From: Candidatus Methylomirabilia bacterium
GTDB taxonomy: Bacteria; Methylomirabilota; Methylomirabilia; Rokubacteriales; CSP1-6
Length of the DNA: 64,000 nt
Reading direction: 5' to 3'
Assembly: GCA_041492755.1 (NCBI GenBank)
Contig: JBGPXN010000003.1
Location: 3,800-67,799 of the forward strand
Part shown: piece by piece, positions 42,344 to 50,613 of the stretch
How the letters are laid out: every line of letters begins with the position of its first letter
Numbering within the stretch: the stretch's first letter is position 1
Program-made: the position numbers and the translations under genes
Notes under the pieces: model-generated
The model's input: only the letters and a program-made list of their open reading frames with translations
What the model was told of the DNA's origin: nothing
The model's database searches: none

Positions 42344-43341
42344 GAATCGCGCTCGTCAAGCTTTCCTCGCTCGGCGACGTCGTGCACGCCCTGCCGGTGG
42401 CGGCGACGGTGAAGCGGTGCGCGCCCCAGGCCCACCTGACGTGGATCGTCGAGCGGCGGGAGGCGACCCTGCTCGCCGACAACCCGGACGTGGACGAGGT
42501 CATCGACATCGACACGCGGAGCTGGCGACGCCGCTGGCGCCCGCAAGGCGTGGCCTCGACGCTCGGGGCCGTCGGGAGACTGCGCCGGCGGTTGCGCGAC
42601 GGCCGCTTCGACGTCGCCCTGGACCTGCAAGGCCTGGCCAAGAGTGGGCTGGTCACGGCGGCCACCGGCGCCCCGCTACGGATCGGCTTCGACCGGCAGT
42701 GGGGCCGCGAGGGCCGCCTCAACTCGCTCTTCACCAATCGGCGCGTCACGCCGCCGGCGGCGGCCCGTCACGTCGTGGACCAGTATCTTTCGCTCCTGTC
42801 TCCGCTCGGGCTGGGCGCCCCGGTGCGCGAGTTCAAGCTTCCCGTTCAGCCGCGCGCCGAGACACGGATCGAGCACGCGCTGATGGCGGCCGGCCTCAAA
42901 CCGCGCCAGCGTCTGGTCGTCGTCAATCCCGGCGCCGGACGACCGGACAAGCGCTGGCCGCCGGAGCGCTTCCGCGCGCTGGCGGCACGCCTCGTCGACG
43001 ACGCGGCGGCCAGCGTCGTCGTGGTCTGGGGGCCGAGCGAGCACGCCGCCGCCCACGCCATCGCCGACGCCCAGCGCGGCGTCGTGCTCGCCCCGCCCAC
43101 CGACCTCACCGAGCTCATCGCGGTGCTCCGGCGGGCGAGTGTGATGATCGCTGCCGACACCGGCCCGCTTCACCTGGCCGCGGCGGTGGGCACGCCGTGC
43201 GTCGGGCTCTACGGTCCGACGTCGGCCGTGCGCAACGGTCCGTACGGCGGTGGCCATCGCGTGATCCAGGCCGACGACCGGCGCATGACGTCGATCTCGG
43301 TGGACGCGGTCGTGCGACTGGCGGCCGATCTCCTCGGATGA
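42340..43341 (+). CDS. Glycosyltransferase family 9 (heptosyltransferase, WaaC-like)
   Basis: [21 protein letters not shown]-terminus and C-terminal [23 protein letters not shown]. Confidence 0.8.
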   Translation: MRIALVKLSSLGDVVHALPVAATVKRCAPQAHLTWIVERREATLLADNPDVDEVIDIDTRSWRRRWRPQGVASTLGAVGRLRRRLRDGRFDVALDLQGLAKSGLVTAATGAPLRIGFDRQWGREGRLNSLFTNRRVTPPAAARHVVDQYLSLLSPLGLGAPVREFKLPVQPRAETRIEHALMAAGLKPRQRLVVVNPGAGRPDKRWPPERFRALAARLVDDAAASVVVVWGPSEHAAAHAIADAQRGVVLAPPTDLTELIAVLRRASVMIAADTGPLHLAAAVGTPCVGLYGPTSAVRNGPYGGGHRVIQADDRRMTSISVDAVVRLAADLLG

Positions 43342-44111
43342 CGCAGCCGCGTCTGTCGGTCACCGTCATCACCTTCAACGAGGAGGCGCGGCTGCGCGGC
43401 TGTCTCGATTCCGTGGCGTGGGCCGACGAGATCGTCGTCGTCGACGCCGGCTCGACGGACCGGACGGTGGCCATCGCGCGCGACTTCACCGATCGCGTGC
43501 TGGCGCGTCCGTGGCCGGGCTTTGCCGAGCAGAAGAACTTCGCGCTCGCCGAGGCGCGCGGCGAATGGGTGCTCTCGCTCGACGCCGACGAAGAGGTGAC
43601 GGTCGAGCTGCGCGACGCCATCCTCGGCATCGTGAAAGGCAGCCCGGCCGCGATGGGCTACGCCGTCGCCCGCCGCAACATCATGTGGGGAGCGTGGATC
43701 CGCCACGGCGGGCTCTATCCGGACTGGCAGGTCCGCCTGTTCCGCCGGGACCGCGGGCGCTTCGTGCCCCGCGCCGTGCACGAGTCGGTCCGGATCGACG
43801 GCCCCGTGGAGCGGCTGCATCAGCCCTTGCTGCACCGCAGCTACCGCGACGTCGCCGACTTCCTCGCGCGCGCCGACCGCTATTCGACCCTCGCCGCCGA
43901 GGAGTGGCTCGCGCAGGGCCGACCGGTGCGGCCCCGTGACGTCGCGCTCCGGCCGCTGGGGCGCTTTCTCGCCATGTACGTCGCGCGCGCGGGCTTCCTC
44001 GACGGCTGGCGGGGACTTCTGCTCGCCGGACTCTACGCGTACTATGTCTTCATGCGAACGGCGAAGGCGCTGGAACGGGCGAAGGCGCAGGCGGGGGAGC
44101 GCGGTCGATGA
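43338..44111 (+). CDS. Glycosyltransferase family 2
   Basis: LSVTVITFNEEARL, VVVDAGSTDRT and a DxD-like LDADE motif. ATGA overlap with the upstream GT9. Confidence 0.8.
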   Translation: MTQPRLSVTVITFNEEARLRGCLDSVAWADEIVVVDAGSTDRTVAIARDFTDRVLARPWPGFAEQKNFALAEARGEWVLSLDADEEVTVELRDAILGIVKGSPAAMGYAVARRNIMWGAWIRHGGLYPDWQVRLFRRDRGRFVPRAVHESVRIDGPVERLHQPLLHRSYRDVADFLARADRYSTLAAEEWLAQGRPVRPRDVALRPLGRFLAMYVARAGFLDGWRGLLLAGLYAYYVFMRTAKALERAKAQAGERGR

Positions 44112-45103
44112 GCCCGGCAAAGGATCGCGTGCTGTCGGGCATGCGACCCACCGGCAAAGTCCATCTGGGGAACTATCTGGGCGCGCTCGTCAACTGGGTC
44201 AGGCTTCAAGATCTCGGCGAGGAGTGCTTCTACTTCGTCGCCAACTGGCACGCGCTCACCACCGGCGCCGACGACGTCGCGGAGGTGCCGCAGGCCACGA
44301 TCGAGATGCTCGCGGACTGGCTGGCGGCCGGGCTCGATCCGCAGCGCTCCACCCTCTTCGTCCAGTCGTGGGTCCCCGAGCACGCCGAGCTGCACCTGCT
44401 GTTGTCGATGATCACGCCGGTGAGCTGGCTCGAGCGAGCGCCGACCTACAAGGAGCAGATCGAGCAGCTCGGCATGCAGTCGCCGTCGTACGGGTTCCTG
44501 GGCTATCCGCTGCTGCAGGCGGCCGACATCCTCATGTACAAGGCACGATGGGTGCCGGTCGGCGTGGATCAGGTCCCGCACGTCGAGATCACGCGCGAGA
44601 TCGCGCGGCGCTTCAACAATGTTTTCGGGCCGGTGTTCCCGGAGCCGGAGGCGCGGCTGACCGAGATCCCGAAAGTGCCGGGGACCGATGGTCGGAAGAT
44701 GTCGAAGTCCTACGACAACGCGATCTACCTGTCGGACTCGGCGGAGGCGGTCGAGAGCAAGATCCGGCCGATGATGACGGACCCGGCGCGCAAGCGACGC
44801 TCGGACCCGGGAAACCCGGACGTCTGCCCGGTCTTCGATCTGCACAAGATCTTCACGCCGCCCGCCGACCGTGAGTGGGCGGCGACGGGTTGCCGCACCG
44901 CGGGCATCGGCTGTCTCGACTGCAAGGCCAGGCTCCTGCAGCACCTGCAGCCGGCGCTGGCGCCGATCCGGGAGCGGCGCCAGGCGTTCTCCGAGAAGCC
45001 CGATCTGATCCTCGACATCTTGAAGGACGGCTCGGCGCGTGCCCGGCGCATGGCCCAGGCCACCATGGAGGACGTCCGGCGCGTGGTCACCATCGCTCCA
45101 TGA
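44108..45103 (+). CDS. trpS: Tryptophan--tRNA ligase
   Basis: Class I synthetase with a HIGH-type PTGKVHLGNY motif and KMSKS. Confidence 0.95.
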   Translation: MSPAKDRVLSGMRPTGKVHLGNYLGALVNWVRLQDLGEECFYFVANWHALTTGADDVAEVPQATIEMLADWLAAGLDPQRSTLFVQSWVPEHAELHLLLSMITPVSWLERAPTYKEQIEQLGMQSPSYGFLGYPLLQAADILMYKARWVPVGVDQVPHVEITREIARRFNNVFGPVFPEPEARLTEIPKVPGTDGRKMSKSYDNAIYLSDSAEAVESKIRPMMTDPARKRRSDPGNPDVCPVFDLHKIFTPPADREWAATGCRTAGIGCLDCKARLLQHLQPALAPIRERRQAFSEKPDLILDILKDGSARARRMAQATMEDVRRVVTIAP

Positions 45104-45888
45104 CGGACGCGGAAGGCTCCCGCACGCTCACCCTGCGCGTCGGGACCTTCGAAGGGCCCTTCGACCTCCTCCTCCACCTGTGCCGCACCAACGAGCTCGA
45201 CCTCGCCGCGCTGCCGGTCCGCACGATCACCGACCAGTACGTCGCGCACCTGGAAGCCATGGAGTTCCGGGATCTCGAATCGGCGGGCGCGTACCTGGTC
45301 ATGGCGGCGACCCTCATCTATCTGAAGTCGAAGCTCCTGCTGCCACCCGAGGAAACGGGCGCGGAGGCGCTCGACGAGGAAGGCGAGGCACTCCGGCTCG
45401 AGCTGGAGGAACGGCTGCGCGAGTACTCACGGGTCAGAGCCCGCGGTCGGTGGCTCGCCGAGCGCGAGGCCGAGCAGGCGCTGCGGTGGGGCCGCCCGGT
45501 GGCGTCGCTGCCGCCGGCGGAGGACGTTCCGCTCGAGGATCTCAGCGTCCATCTGCTCGAGCGCGCGCTCAAGCGACTCATCGAGCAACAGGTGCGTCGG
45601 GCGCCGCGGGCGGTGGAGCCGGAGCCACCGTCGGTGCTGGAGCGCATGACCGAGATCCTGTCCGTCCTGCGCGACACCTGGTCGGTGCTGTTCTCGTCAC
45701 TCGCGGGTCCCGACCGCAACCGCTCGGATATCGTGGCCTCGTTGCTGGCCGTGCTCGAGTTGGTGCGGCTCGGGCGTATTCGTACGCAGCAAACGGAGCT
45801 CTTCGGAGAGATCGTCATCGAACGCCACACGGGGGAGACGCCAACGCATGTCCCAAGCGCCGTCGCCGAGCCCAGTGCCGACTCCTGA
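45100..45888 (+). CDS. scpA: Segregation and condensation protein A
   Basis: The ATG at 45100 overlaps the trpS stop. FEGPFDLLLHLCRTNELDL motif. Confidence 0.9.
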   Translation: MTDAEGSRTLTLRVGTFEGPFDLLLHLCRTNELDLAALPVRTITDQYVAHLEAMEFRDLESAGAYLVMAATLIYLKSKLLLPPEETGAEALDEEGEALRLELEERLREYSRVRARGRWLAEREAEQALRWGRPVASLPPAEDVPLEDLSVHLLERALKRLIEQQVRRAPRAVEPEPPSVLERMTEILSVLRDTWSVLFSSLAGPDRNRSDIVASLLAVLELVRLGRIRTQQTELFGEIVIERHTGETPTHVPSAVAEPSADS

Positions 45889-45890
45889 GC

Positions 45891-46005
45891 ACATGGGGGG
45901 CCCCGAAATGGCCCCCCAGGCCTTTCAAGCGAAGGGGGCTACGCCCCCCTCGGATTCCCCCGGCCGACACTCGGGAGCGCCCCGGGAAACCCGGGGCGCT
46001 CCTCG
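45891..46005 (+). repeat. GC-rich double-palindrome repeat, copy A (115 nt, with an extra internal hairpin)
   Basis: Module 1 is ACATGGGGGGCCCCGAAATGGCCCCCCA (45891-45918), with stem GGGGGGCC/GGCCCCCC. An extra hairpin GGGGGC-TAC-GCCCCC lies at 45934-45948. Module 2 is the 29-nt perfect palindrome GGAGCGCCCCGGGAAACCCGGGGCGCTCC (45974-46002). The copy starts 2 nt after the scpA TGA. Confidence 0.85.
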
Positions 46006-46621
46006 ACCTCTCGATTCGTCTACCGGCTCTGACGTCGTCGAAGCGCTGCTCTTCGCCTCCGACGAGCCGCTCGCCGCGGAGCGGATCCGCGAGGTGCTCG
46101 ACCTCGGCGACGTGGGCGAGGTGGTCGCGCTCGTCGAGGAGCTGCGCGCGCGCTACGCCGCGGCCGGGGCCGGGCTCACCGTGGTCGAGGTCGGCGGCGG
46201 CTTTCGCATGGTCACGCGGCCCGAGCTGGCGCCGTGGCTGGTGCGGCTGGCCAAGACCCGCACGCGCGCGCGGTTGTCGCGCCCGGCGCTGGAGACGCTG
46301 GCGATCATCGCCTACAAGCAGCCGGTGTCGCGTCCGGAGGTCGACGCCGTCCGCGGCGTGAACTCCGAGGGCGTGCTCGACAGCCTGCTCGATCGTCGTT
46401 TGCTGCGGATCGCGGGCCGCAAGGAAGCGCCGGGGCGTCCCTTCATGTACGAGACCACGCGCGAATTCCTCGTCGCCTTCGGCCTGCGCGACCTCGGCGA
46501 TTTGCCCAAGGTCGACGGCGAGCTCCTCATCCCCGAGACCGTGAGTGTTCCCGCCGATGGCCACACTGCGGCTGAACAAGATCCTCGCCCAGGCGGGACT
46601 GACGTCGCGCCGGGGGGCTGA
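45893..46621 (+). CDS. scpB: Segregation and condensation protein B (start uncertain)
   Basis: The winged-helix ScpB core begins VVEALLFASDEPL near 46034. The only in-frame ATG/GTG candidates (45848, 45893, 45911) lie before or inside repeat copy A. The repeat-encoded codons have visibly lower GC3 (about 34 of 50) than the gene body. Confidence 0.78.
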   Translation: MGGPEMAPQAFQAKGATPPSDSPGRHSGAPRETRGAPRPLDSSTGSDVVEALLFASDEPLAAERIREVLDLGDVGEVVALVEELRARYAAAGAGLTVVEVGGGFRMVTRPELAPWLVRLAKTRTRARLSRPALETLAIIAYKQPVSRPEVDAVRGVNSEGVLDSLLDRRLLRIAGRKEAPGRPFMYETTREFLVAFGLRDLGDLPKVDGELLIPETVSVPADGHTAAEQDPRPGGTDVAPGG

Positions 46622-47285
46622 GAACCTCCTCCGCGAGGGTCGCGTCAGCGTCAACGGCGTTGCCGTTCGCGAGCCGGGCGCGACCGCCGATCCCGATCGT
46701 GATCTCATCCACGTCGACGGCAAGCCGCTACCCGGCCCCGCCGCCCACCAGTACGTTCTCCTGCACAAGCCCCGCGGCGTCGTGACCACGTTGCGTGATC
46801 CGCAAGGCCGGCCGGTCGTGGCGGATCTGCTGCCCGGCGGCGCCCGCCTGTTTCCGGTGGGTCGGCTGGACGCCGACGTCGAAGGCGCGCTGCTGCTCAC
46901 CAACGACGGCGCGCTCGCCCACCGCTTGCTGCACCCGCGCTACGGCGTGCCGCGCGTCTACGAGGCCGAGGTGGCGCCGCCGGTGGCGCGCGCCGACCTC
47001 GCGCGCTGGCGGCAGGGTGTCACCCTCGCCGATGGCCCGGCGCGTCCCCTCGCCGTCGATCTCACCAGCGCCGGCGCCCACGGACACCGGCTGCGGCTCA
47101 CGTTCGCCGAGGGACGCAAGCACGAAGTGAAGCGCTACTGCGAGGCCCTGGGCCATCCGGTGGTCCGCCTGCGCCGAATCGCCTTCGGCCCGATTCAGCT
47201 CGGCGACCTGCCGCTGGGCGCCGCCCGCGCGCTCACCCCGCGAGAAGTGCGCGCTCTCCGTGCCCTGTCGACGAGCCAGCCGTAG
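46557..47285 (+). CDS. rluB: 23S rRNA pseudouridine synthase (RluB/RsuA family)
   Basis: An S4 domain (LRLNKILAQAGLTSRRGAENLLREGRVSVNG) is followed by the catalytic RLDADVEGALLLTNDG motif. The start could be ATG 46545 or 46557. Confidence 0.85.
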   Translation: MATLRLNKILAQAGLTSRRGAENLLREGRVSVNGVAVREPGATADPDRDLIHVDGKPLPGPAAHQYVLLHKPRGVVTTLRDPQGRPVVADLLPGGARLFPVGRLDADVEGALLLTNDGALAHRLLHPRYGVPRVYEAEVAPPVARADLARWRQGVTLADGPARPLAVDLTSAGAHGHRLRLTFAEGRKHEVKRYCEALGHPVVRLRRIAFGPIQLGDLPLGAARALTPREVRALRALSTSQP

Positions 47286-47304
47286 CGGGCGGTCCGGCAG
47301 GGGA

Positions 47305-47430
47305 CCAGGCCGATCAAAACGGTGCAGATGCGAGGCGGCGACCGAGACGACGACCGAGGCGTACTCCCAGTACGCCGCAGGGAGGAGCGAGGGAGCCAAC
47401 GAAGCAGATGCGCCGTTTTCATCGGCCTGG
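47305..47430 (+). ncRNA. Candidate structured RNA/DNA element (21-bp closing stem, purine-rich loops, apical 8-bp hairpin)
   Basis: CCAGGCCGATCAAAACGGTGC (47305-47325) pairs with GCGCCGTTTTCATCGGCCTGG (47410-47430): 19 Watson-Crick pairs, 1 G-U and 1 C-C mismatch. The apical hairpin is GGCGTACT-CCC-AGTACGCC (47358-47376). No Rfam family recognised. Confidence 0.3.
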
Positions 47431-47431
47431 G

Positions 47432-47460
47432 TTGCGGAGGCGAAGGTGGTTGCCTATAAT
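47432..47460 (+). promoter_or_regulatory. Putative pheA promoter (-35 TTGCGG, 17-nt spacer, -10 TATAAT)
   Basis: TTGCGG at 47432-47437 and a perfect TATAAT at 47455-47460. AGGAG at 47489-47493 lies 5 nt before the ATG at 47499. Confidence 0.5.
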
Positions 47461-47498
47461 GCCCCCCATTCTCGACCGTACGGCCGTCAGGAGTTCGT

Positions 47499-48560
47499 AT
47501 GAGCCTGGACGATTGGCGTTCCAGGATCAATGATCTAGACAACCAAATCCTCACCCTCCTCAACCAGCGCGCCGAGGCCGCCCTCAAGATCGGAGACCTC
47601 AAACGACGGCGGGATACGCCGTCGTATGCCCCGGAGCGCGAGGCCGAGATCGTCACCCGACTGGGCGGGCTCAACCGAGGGCCGCTACCGGCGGAGACGG
47701 TGCGCGCGGTGTGGCGCGAGATCCTCTCGGGCTGCCGCGCGCTCGAAGCGCCGCTCACCATCGCGTACCTGGGGCCGCGGGCGACGTTCACTCACCAGGC
47801 GGCCCGGCAGCATTTCGGCGCGAGCGTGGACTACCTGCCGTCGCGCACGATCGCCGACATCTTCGAGGACGTCGAGCGAGGGGCCGCACAGTTCGGCGTG
47901 GTGCCGGTCGAGAACAGTACCGAGGGCACGGTCAACGTGACGCTCGACCGCCTCATCGACACCGAGATGCGGATCTGCGGCGAGCTCTATCTCGCCATCG
48001 CCCAGAATCTGTTGTCCGGGGCGCGTGAGCTGAGCGACGTCAAGACCGTCATGTCGCATCCGCAGGGGATCGCGCAGTGCCGCAACTGGCTGGCCGCGAA
48101 CCTGCCGGACGTGCCCGCGCAGGAAGTCGCGTCCACCGCGGGCGCCGCCGAGCTGGCCGCGAGCGACGCCACGGTGGCGGCCATCGCTTCCGAGCTGGCG
48201 GGGGAGCTTTACGGCGTGCCCGTGCTGCGGGCCCGCATCGAGGACAACCCGAACAACTCCACGCGTTTCCTCGTGCTGGGGCGCCGGGTGCCGGGGCCGA
48301 CCGGCCGCGACAAGACGTCGATCCTCTTCGCCATGCGCAACGAACCGGGCGTGCTGTTCCGGATCCTGGAGCCACTCGCCCGTCGCGGTTTGAATTTGAC
48401 CAAGATCGAGTCCCGCCCGGCCAAGCAGCGGCCCTGGGAGTACGTGATGTTCCTCGACCTCGAGGGGCATCACGAAACGCCCGAGGTGGCGGCCGCTCTC
48501 GGCGAGGTGCGCGAGCGAACGCTCTTCTTCAAGGTGCTCGGCTCGTACCCGGCGGGATAA
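47499..48560 (+). CDS. pheA: Bifunctional chorismate mutase / prephenate dehydratase
   Basis: An N-terminal CM domain (RINDLDNQILTLLNQRAEAALKIG) is followed by the PDT domain and a C-terminal ACT domain (TKIESRPAKQRPWEY). Confidence 0.93.
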   Translation: MSLDDWRSRINDLDNQILTLLNQRAEAALKIGDLKRRRDTPSYAPEREAEIVTRLGGLNRGPLPAETVRAVWREILSGCRALEAPLTIAYLGPRATFTHQAARQHFGASVDYLPSRTIADIFEDVERGAAQFGVVPVENSTEGTVNVTLDRLIDTEMRICGELYLAIAQNLLSGARELSDVKTVMSHPQGIAQCRNWLAANLPDVPAQEVASTAGAAELAASDATVAAIASELAGELYGVPVLRARIEDNPNNSTRFLVLGRRVPGPTGRDKTSILFAMRNEPGVLFRILEPLARRGLNLTKIESRPAKQRPWEYVMFLDLEGHHETPEVAAALGEVRERTLFFKVLGSYPAG

Positions 48561-48569
48561 GGAGACGGC

Positions 48570-49682
48570 ATGCACACGCAGTGGGAGTCCCTGGCCAACG
48601 AGCACATTCTCGGCATCGCGCCCTACGAGCCGGGGAAGCCGATCGAGGAGCTGGAGCGCGAGCTGGGCATCAGCGACGCGATCAAGCTCGCGTCCAATGA
48701 AAACCCGCTGCCCCCTTCCGACCGCGTGCAGCGGGCGATCGCGGCCGCCCTGCCCATGCTCAACCGATATCCCGACGGCAGCGGGTTCTATCTGCGACAA
48801 GCGCTCGCCAAGAAGCACGGGGTGATGCCGGAGCAGGTGACCCTCGGCAACGGCTCCAACGAGCTGATCGAGCTGCTCGCGCGCACGTTCCTGCGCCCCG
48901 GCGACGAGGCGATCGTGCCGCACCCGTCCTTCGTCGTCTATCCGATGATCGTTCAGGCCGCCGGCGGCATCCGCGTAATGGTCATGCTCAAGGATTACCG
49001 CATCGATCTGGAGGCGATGGCCCGCGCCATCACGCCGCTCACCAAGATGGTCTTCATCGCCAACCCGAACAACCCGACGGCGACCATCGTGACCGCGACC
49101 GAGGTGGAGCACTTCATGGCGCGGGTTCCGGAGCGGGCCATCGTGGTGTTCGACGAGGCGTACATCGAGTTCGCGCTGGGCTCCGACTTCCCGGACATGC
49201 TGTCGTACGTCAAGCAGGGCCGCAAGGTCGTCGTGCTCCGGACGTTCTCCAAGGCGACCAGCCTGGCCGGCCTGCGGGTCGGCTACGGCATCGCCGATGC
49301 CGACGCCGTCGCCCTCATGAACCGCATCCGCCAACCGTTCAACGTGAACGCGCTCGCGCAGGTGGCCGCCCTGGCCGCGCTCGAGGACGACGGGCACGTC
49401 CTCGAGTGCGTGCGGATGATCGAGGCCGGGCGCCACTTCCTCTACGACGAGTTCAACGGTCTCGGCATCAAGTACGTCCCGGCCCGCGCCAACTTCATCC
49501 TGGTCGACGTGGGGCGCAGCGCCGCCGACATCTACCAGGCGCTCCTGCACGACGGTGTCATCGTGCGGCCCCTCACCGCGTTCGGGATGGAGACGGCCCT
49601 GCGCATCACGGTCGGCACACCGGAGGAGAACCGCAAGCTCGTCAAGGCGCTGCGCAAAGTGCTGGGGACGCGCAAAAGTTGA
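48570..49682 (+). CDS. hisC: Histidinol-phosphate / aromatic aminotransferase (class II)
   Basis: AAGGAG RBS. NENPLPP motif and PLP-lysine region FSKATSLAGLRVGY. Confidence 0.88.
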   Translation: MHTQWESLANEHILGIAPYEPGKPIEELERELGISDAIKLASNENPLPPSDRVQRAIAAALPMLNRYPDGSGFYLRQALAKKHGVMPEQVTLGNGSNELIELLARTFLRPGDEAIVPHPSFVVYPMIVQAAGGIRVMVMLKDYRIDLEAMARAITPLTKMVFIANPNNPTATIVTATEVEHFMARVPERAIVVFDEAYIEFALGSDFPDMLSYVKQGRKVVVLRTFSKATSLAGLRVGYGIADADAVALMNRIRQPFNVNALAQVAALAALEDDGHVLECVRMIEAGRHFLYDEFNGLGIKYVPARANFILVDVGRSAADIYQALLHDGVIVRPLTAFGMETALRITVGTPEENRKLVKALRKVLGTRKS

Positions 49683-50530
49683 TCCAGCGGCTCGCCGTTC
49701 TCGGTCTCGGCCTGCTCGGCGGCTCCGTCGCCAAGGCCGTGCGCGCGGCCGGCCTCGCGCGCGAGATCGTCGGCATCGGCCGGGACACCGCCCGGCTCGA
49801 GCCGGCGCGGCGTGACGGCACTGTCGACCACGTCACCACCGACATCGCGGCGGGCGTCCGCGGCGCCGACGTCGTCGTCCTCGCCACCACCGTCGACGCC
49901 ATCGAGCGCCAGCTGGAGACGGTGGCGCGCGCGGTGGAGGCGGACGCGCTCGTCACCGACGTGGGCTCGACGAAGGCCGGCATCGTCGCCGTGGCCGAAC
50001 GCCTGGCCGCCGGGCGGCCGCTTTCGTTCGTCGGGAGCCATCCCATGGCGGGCTCCGAACAGGCCGGCTACGCGGTGTCCCGTGCGGATCTCTTCCGCGG
50101 CGCCACCGTCATCGTCACCCCGACCGACCAGACGCCGCCGGCGCTGGTCAAGAACGCGGGCGCGTTCTGGGAGTCGCTCGGCGCCGGCCGCATCGTACAG
50201 CTCGATCCGCGGGCCCACGATCGTGCGGTGGCCGCCATCAGCCATCTGCCGCACGTGGCCGCGTTCGCGTTGGTCGATGCGGTGGCGCGTTTCGAGCCTG
50301 GCGCGTTCGAGGTCGCCGCGCGCGGCTTCAAGGACACCACCCGCATCGCGGCCTCGGATCCCGAGGTGTGGCGCACGATCCTCCTCGCCAACCGCGCCGC
50401 CGTCGTGGACAGCCTGGCCGTGTTCCGCGAAGCGCTCGACGCGCTCGAGCGGCTCATCGCGACCGGTGACGCGGCTGCGCTGCAGGCCGCGATCGCGCGC
50501 GTCAAGGCACAGCGGGAGGCGCTGCGGTGA
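49679..50530 (+). CDS. tyrA: Prephenate (or arogenate) dehydrogenase
   Basis: The TTG at 49679 overlaps the hisC stop (TTGA). Rossmann LGLGLLGGS and GSHPMAGSE motifs. Confidence 0.88.
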   Translation: MIQRLAVLGLGLLGGSVAKAVRAAGLAREIVGIGRDTARLEPARRDGTVDHVTTDIAAGVRGADVVVLATTVDAIERQLETVARAVEADALVTDVGSTKAGIVAVAERLAAGRPLSFVGSHPMAGSEQAGYAVSRADLFRGATVIVTPTDQTPPALVKNAGAFWESLGAGRIVQLDPRAHDRAVAAISHLPHVAAFALVDAVARFEPGAFEVAARGFKDTTRIAASDPEVWRTILLANRAAVVDSLAVFREALDALERLIATGDAAALQAAIARVKAQREALR

Positions 50531-50603
50531 GGCGGATCTCGCCGGCCGTCCTTTTGCTCGTCGCAGGGCACGTTGGGTGGGAGGCGGCGATCGGGGTGAC
50601 CGA

Positions 50604-50613
50604 GGGGGGGGGG
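50604..50613 (+). repeat. G10 homopolymer tract in the tyrA-cmk spacer
   Basis: Ten consecutive G, counted directly, preceded by GGG, GGG and GGGG runs (50576-50596). Confidence 0.9.

Noticed and set aside
47328-47459. 43-aa ORF (MRGGDRDDDRGVLPVRRREERGSQ...) inside the structured element.
   Set aside because: It has no Shine-Dalgarno. About 25 of 42 third positions are G/C, against nearly all in real genes here. Its sequence is dictated by the inverted repeat.
47286-47498. T-box leader, Phe-rich attenuator peptide (pheL-like) or SRP RNA upstream of pheA.
   Set aside because: - No AGAGA or conserved T-box 14-mer is present; only a weak GGTGGT.
- The small ORFs here contain at most one Phe.
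- The AGCCAACGAAGCAGATGCG stretch loosely resembles E. coli 4.5S RNA, but the apical loop is CCC rather than GNRA and the strands flanking it cannot pair.
- The best promoter lies downstream of the structure, so it is probably not in the pheA 5' UTR.
50604-50613. G10 tract as a phase-variation switch for cmk.
   Set aside because: With the preferred cmk start (50646/50652) the tract is non-coding. Runs of this length are not statistically surprising at roughly 35% G, and cmk is an essential housekeeping gene. It is kept only as a minor note within the tyrA-cmk finding.
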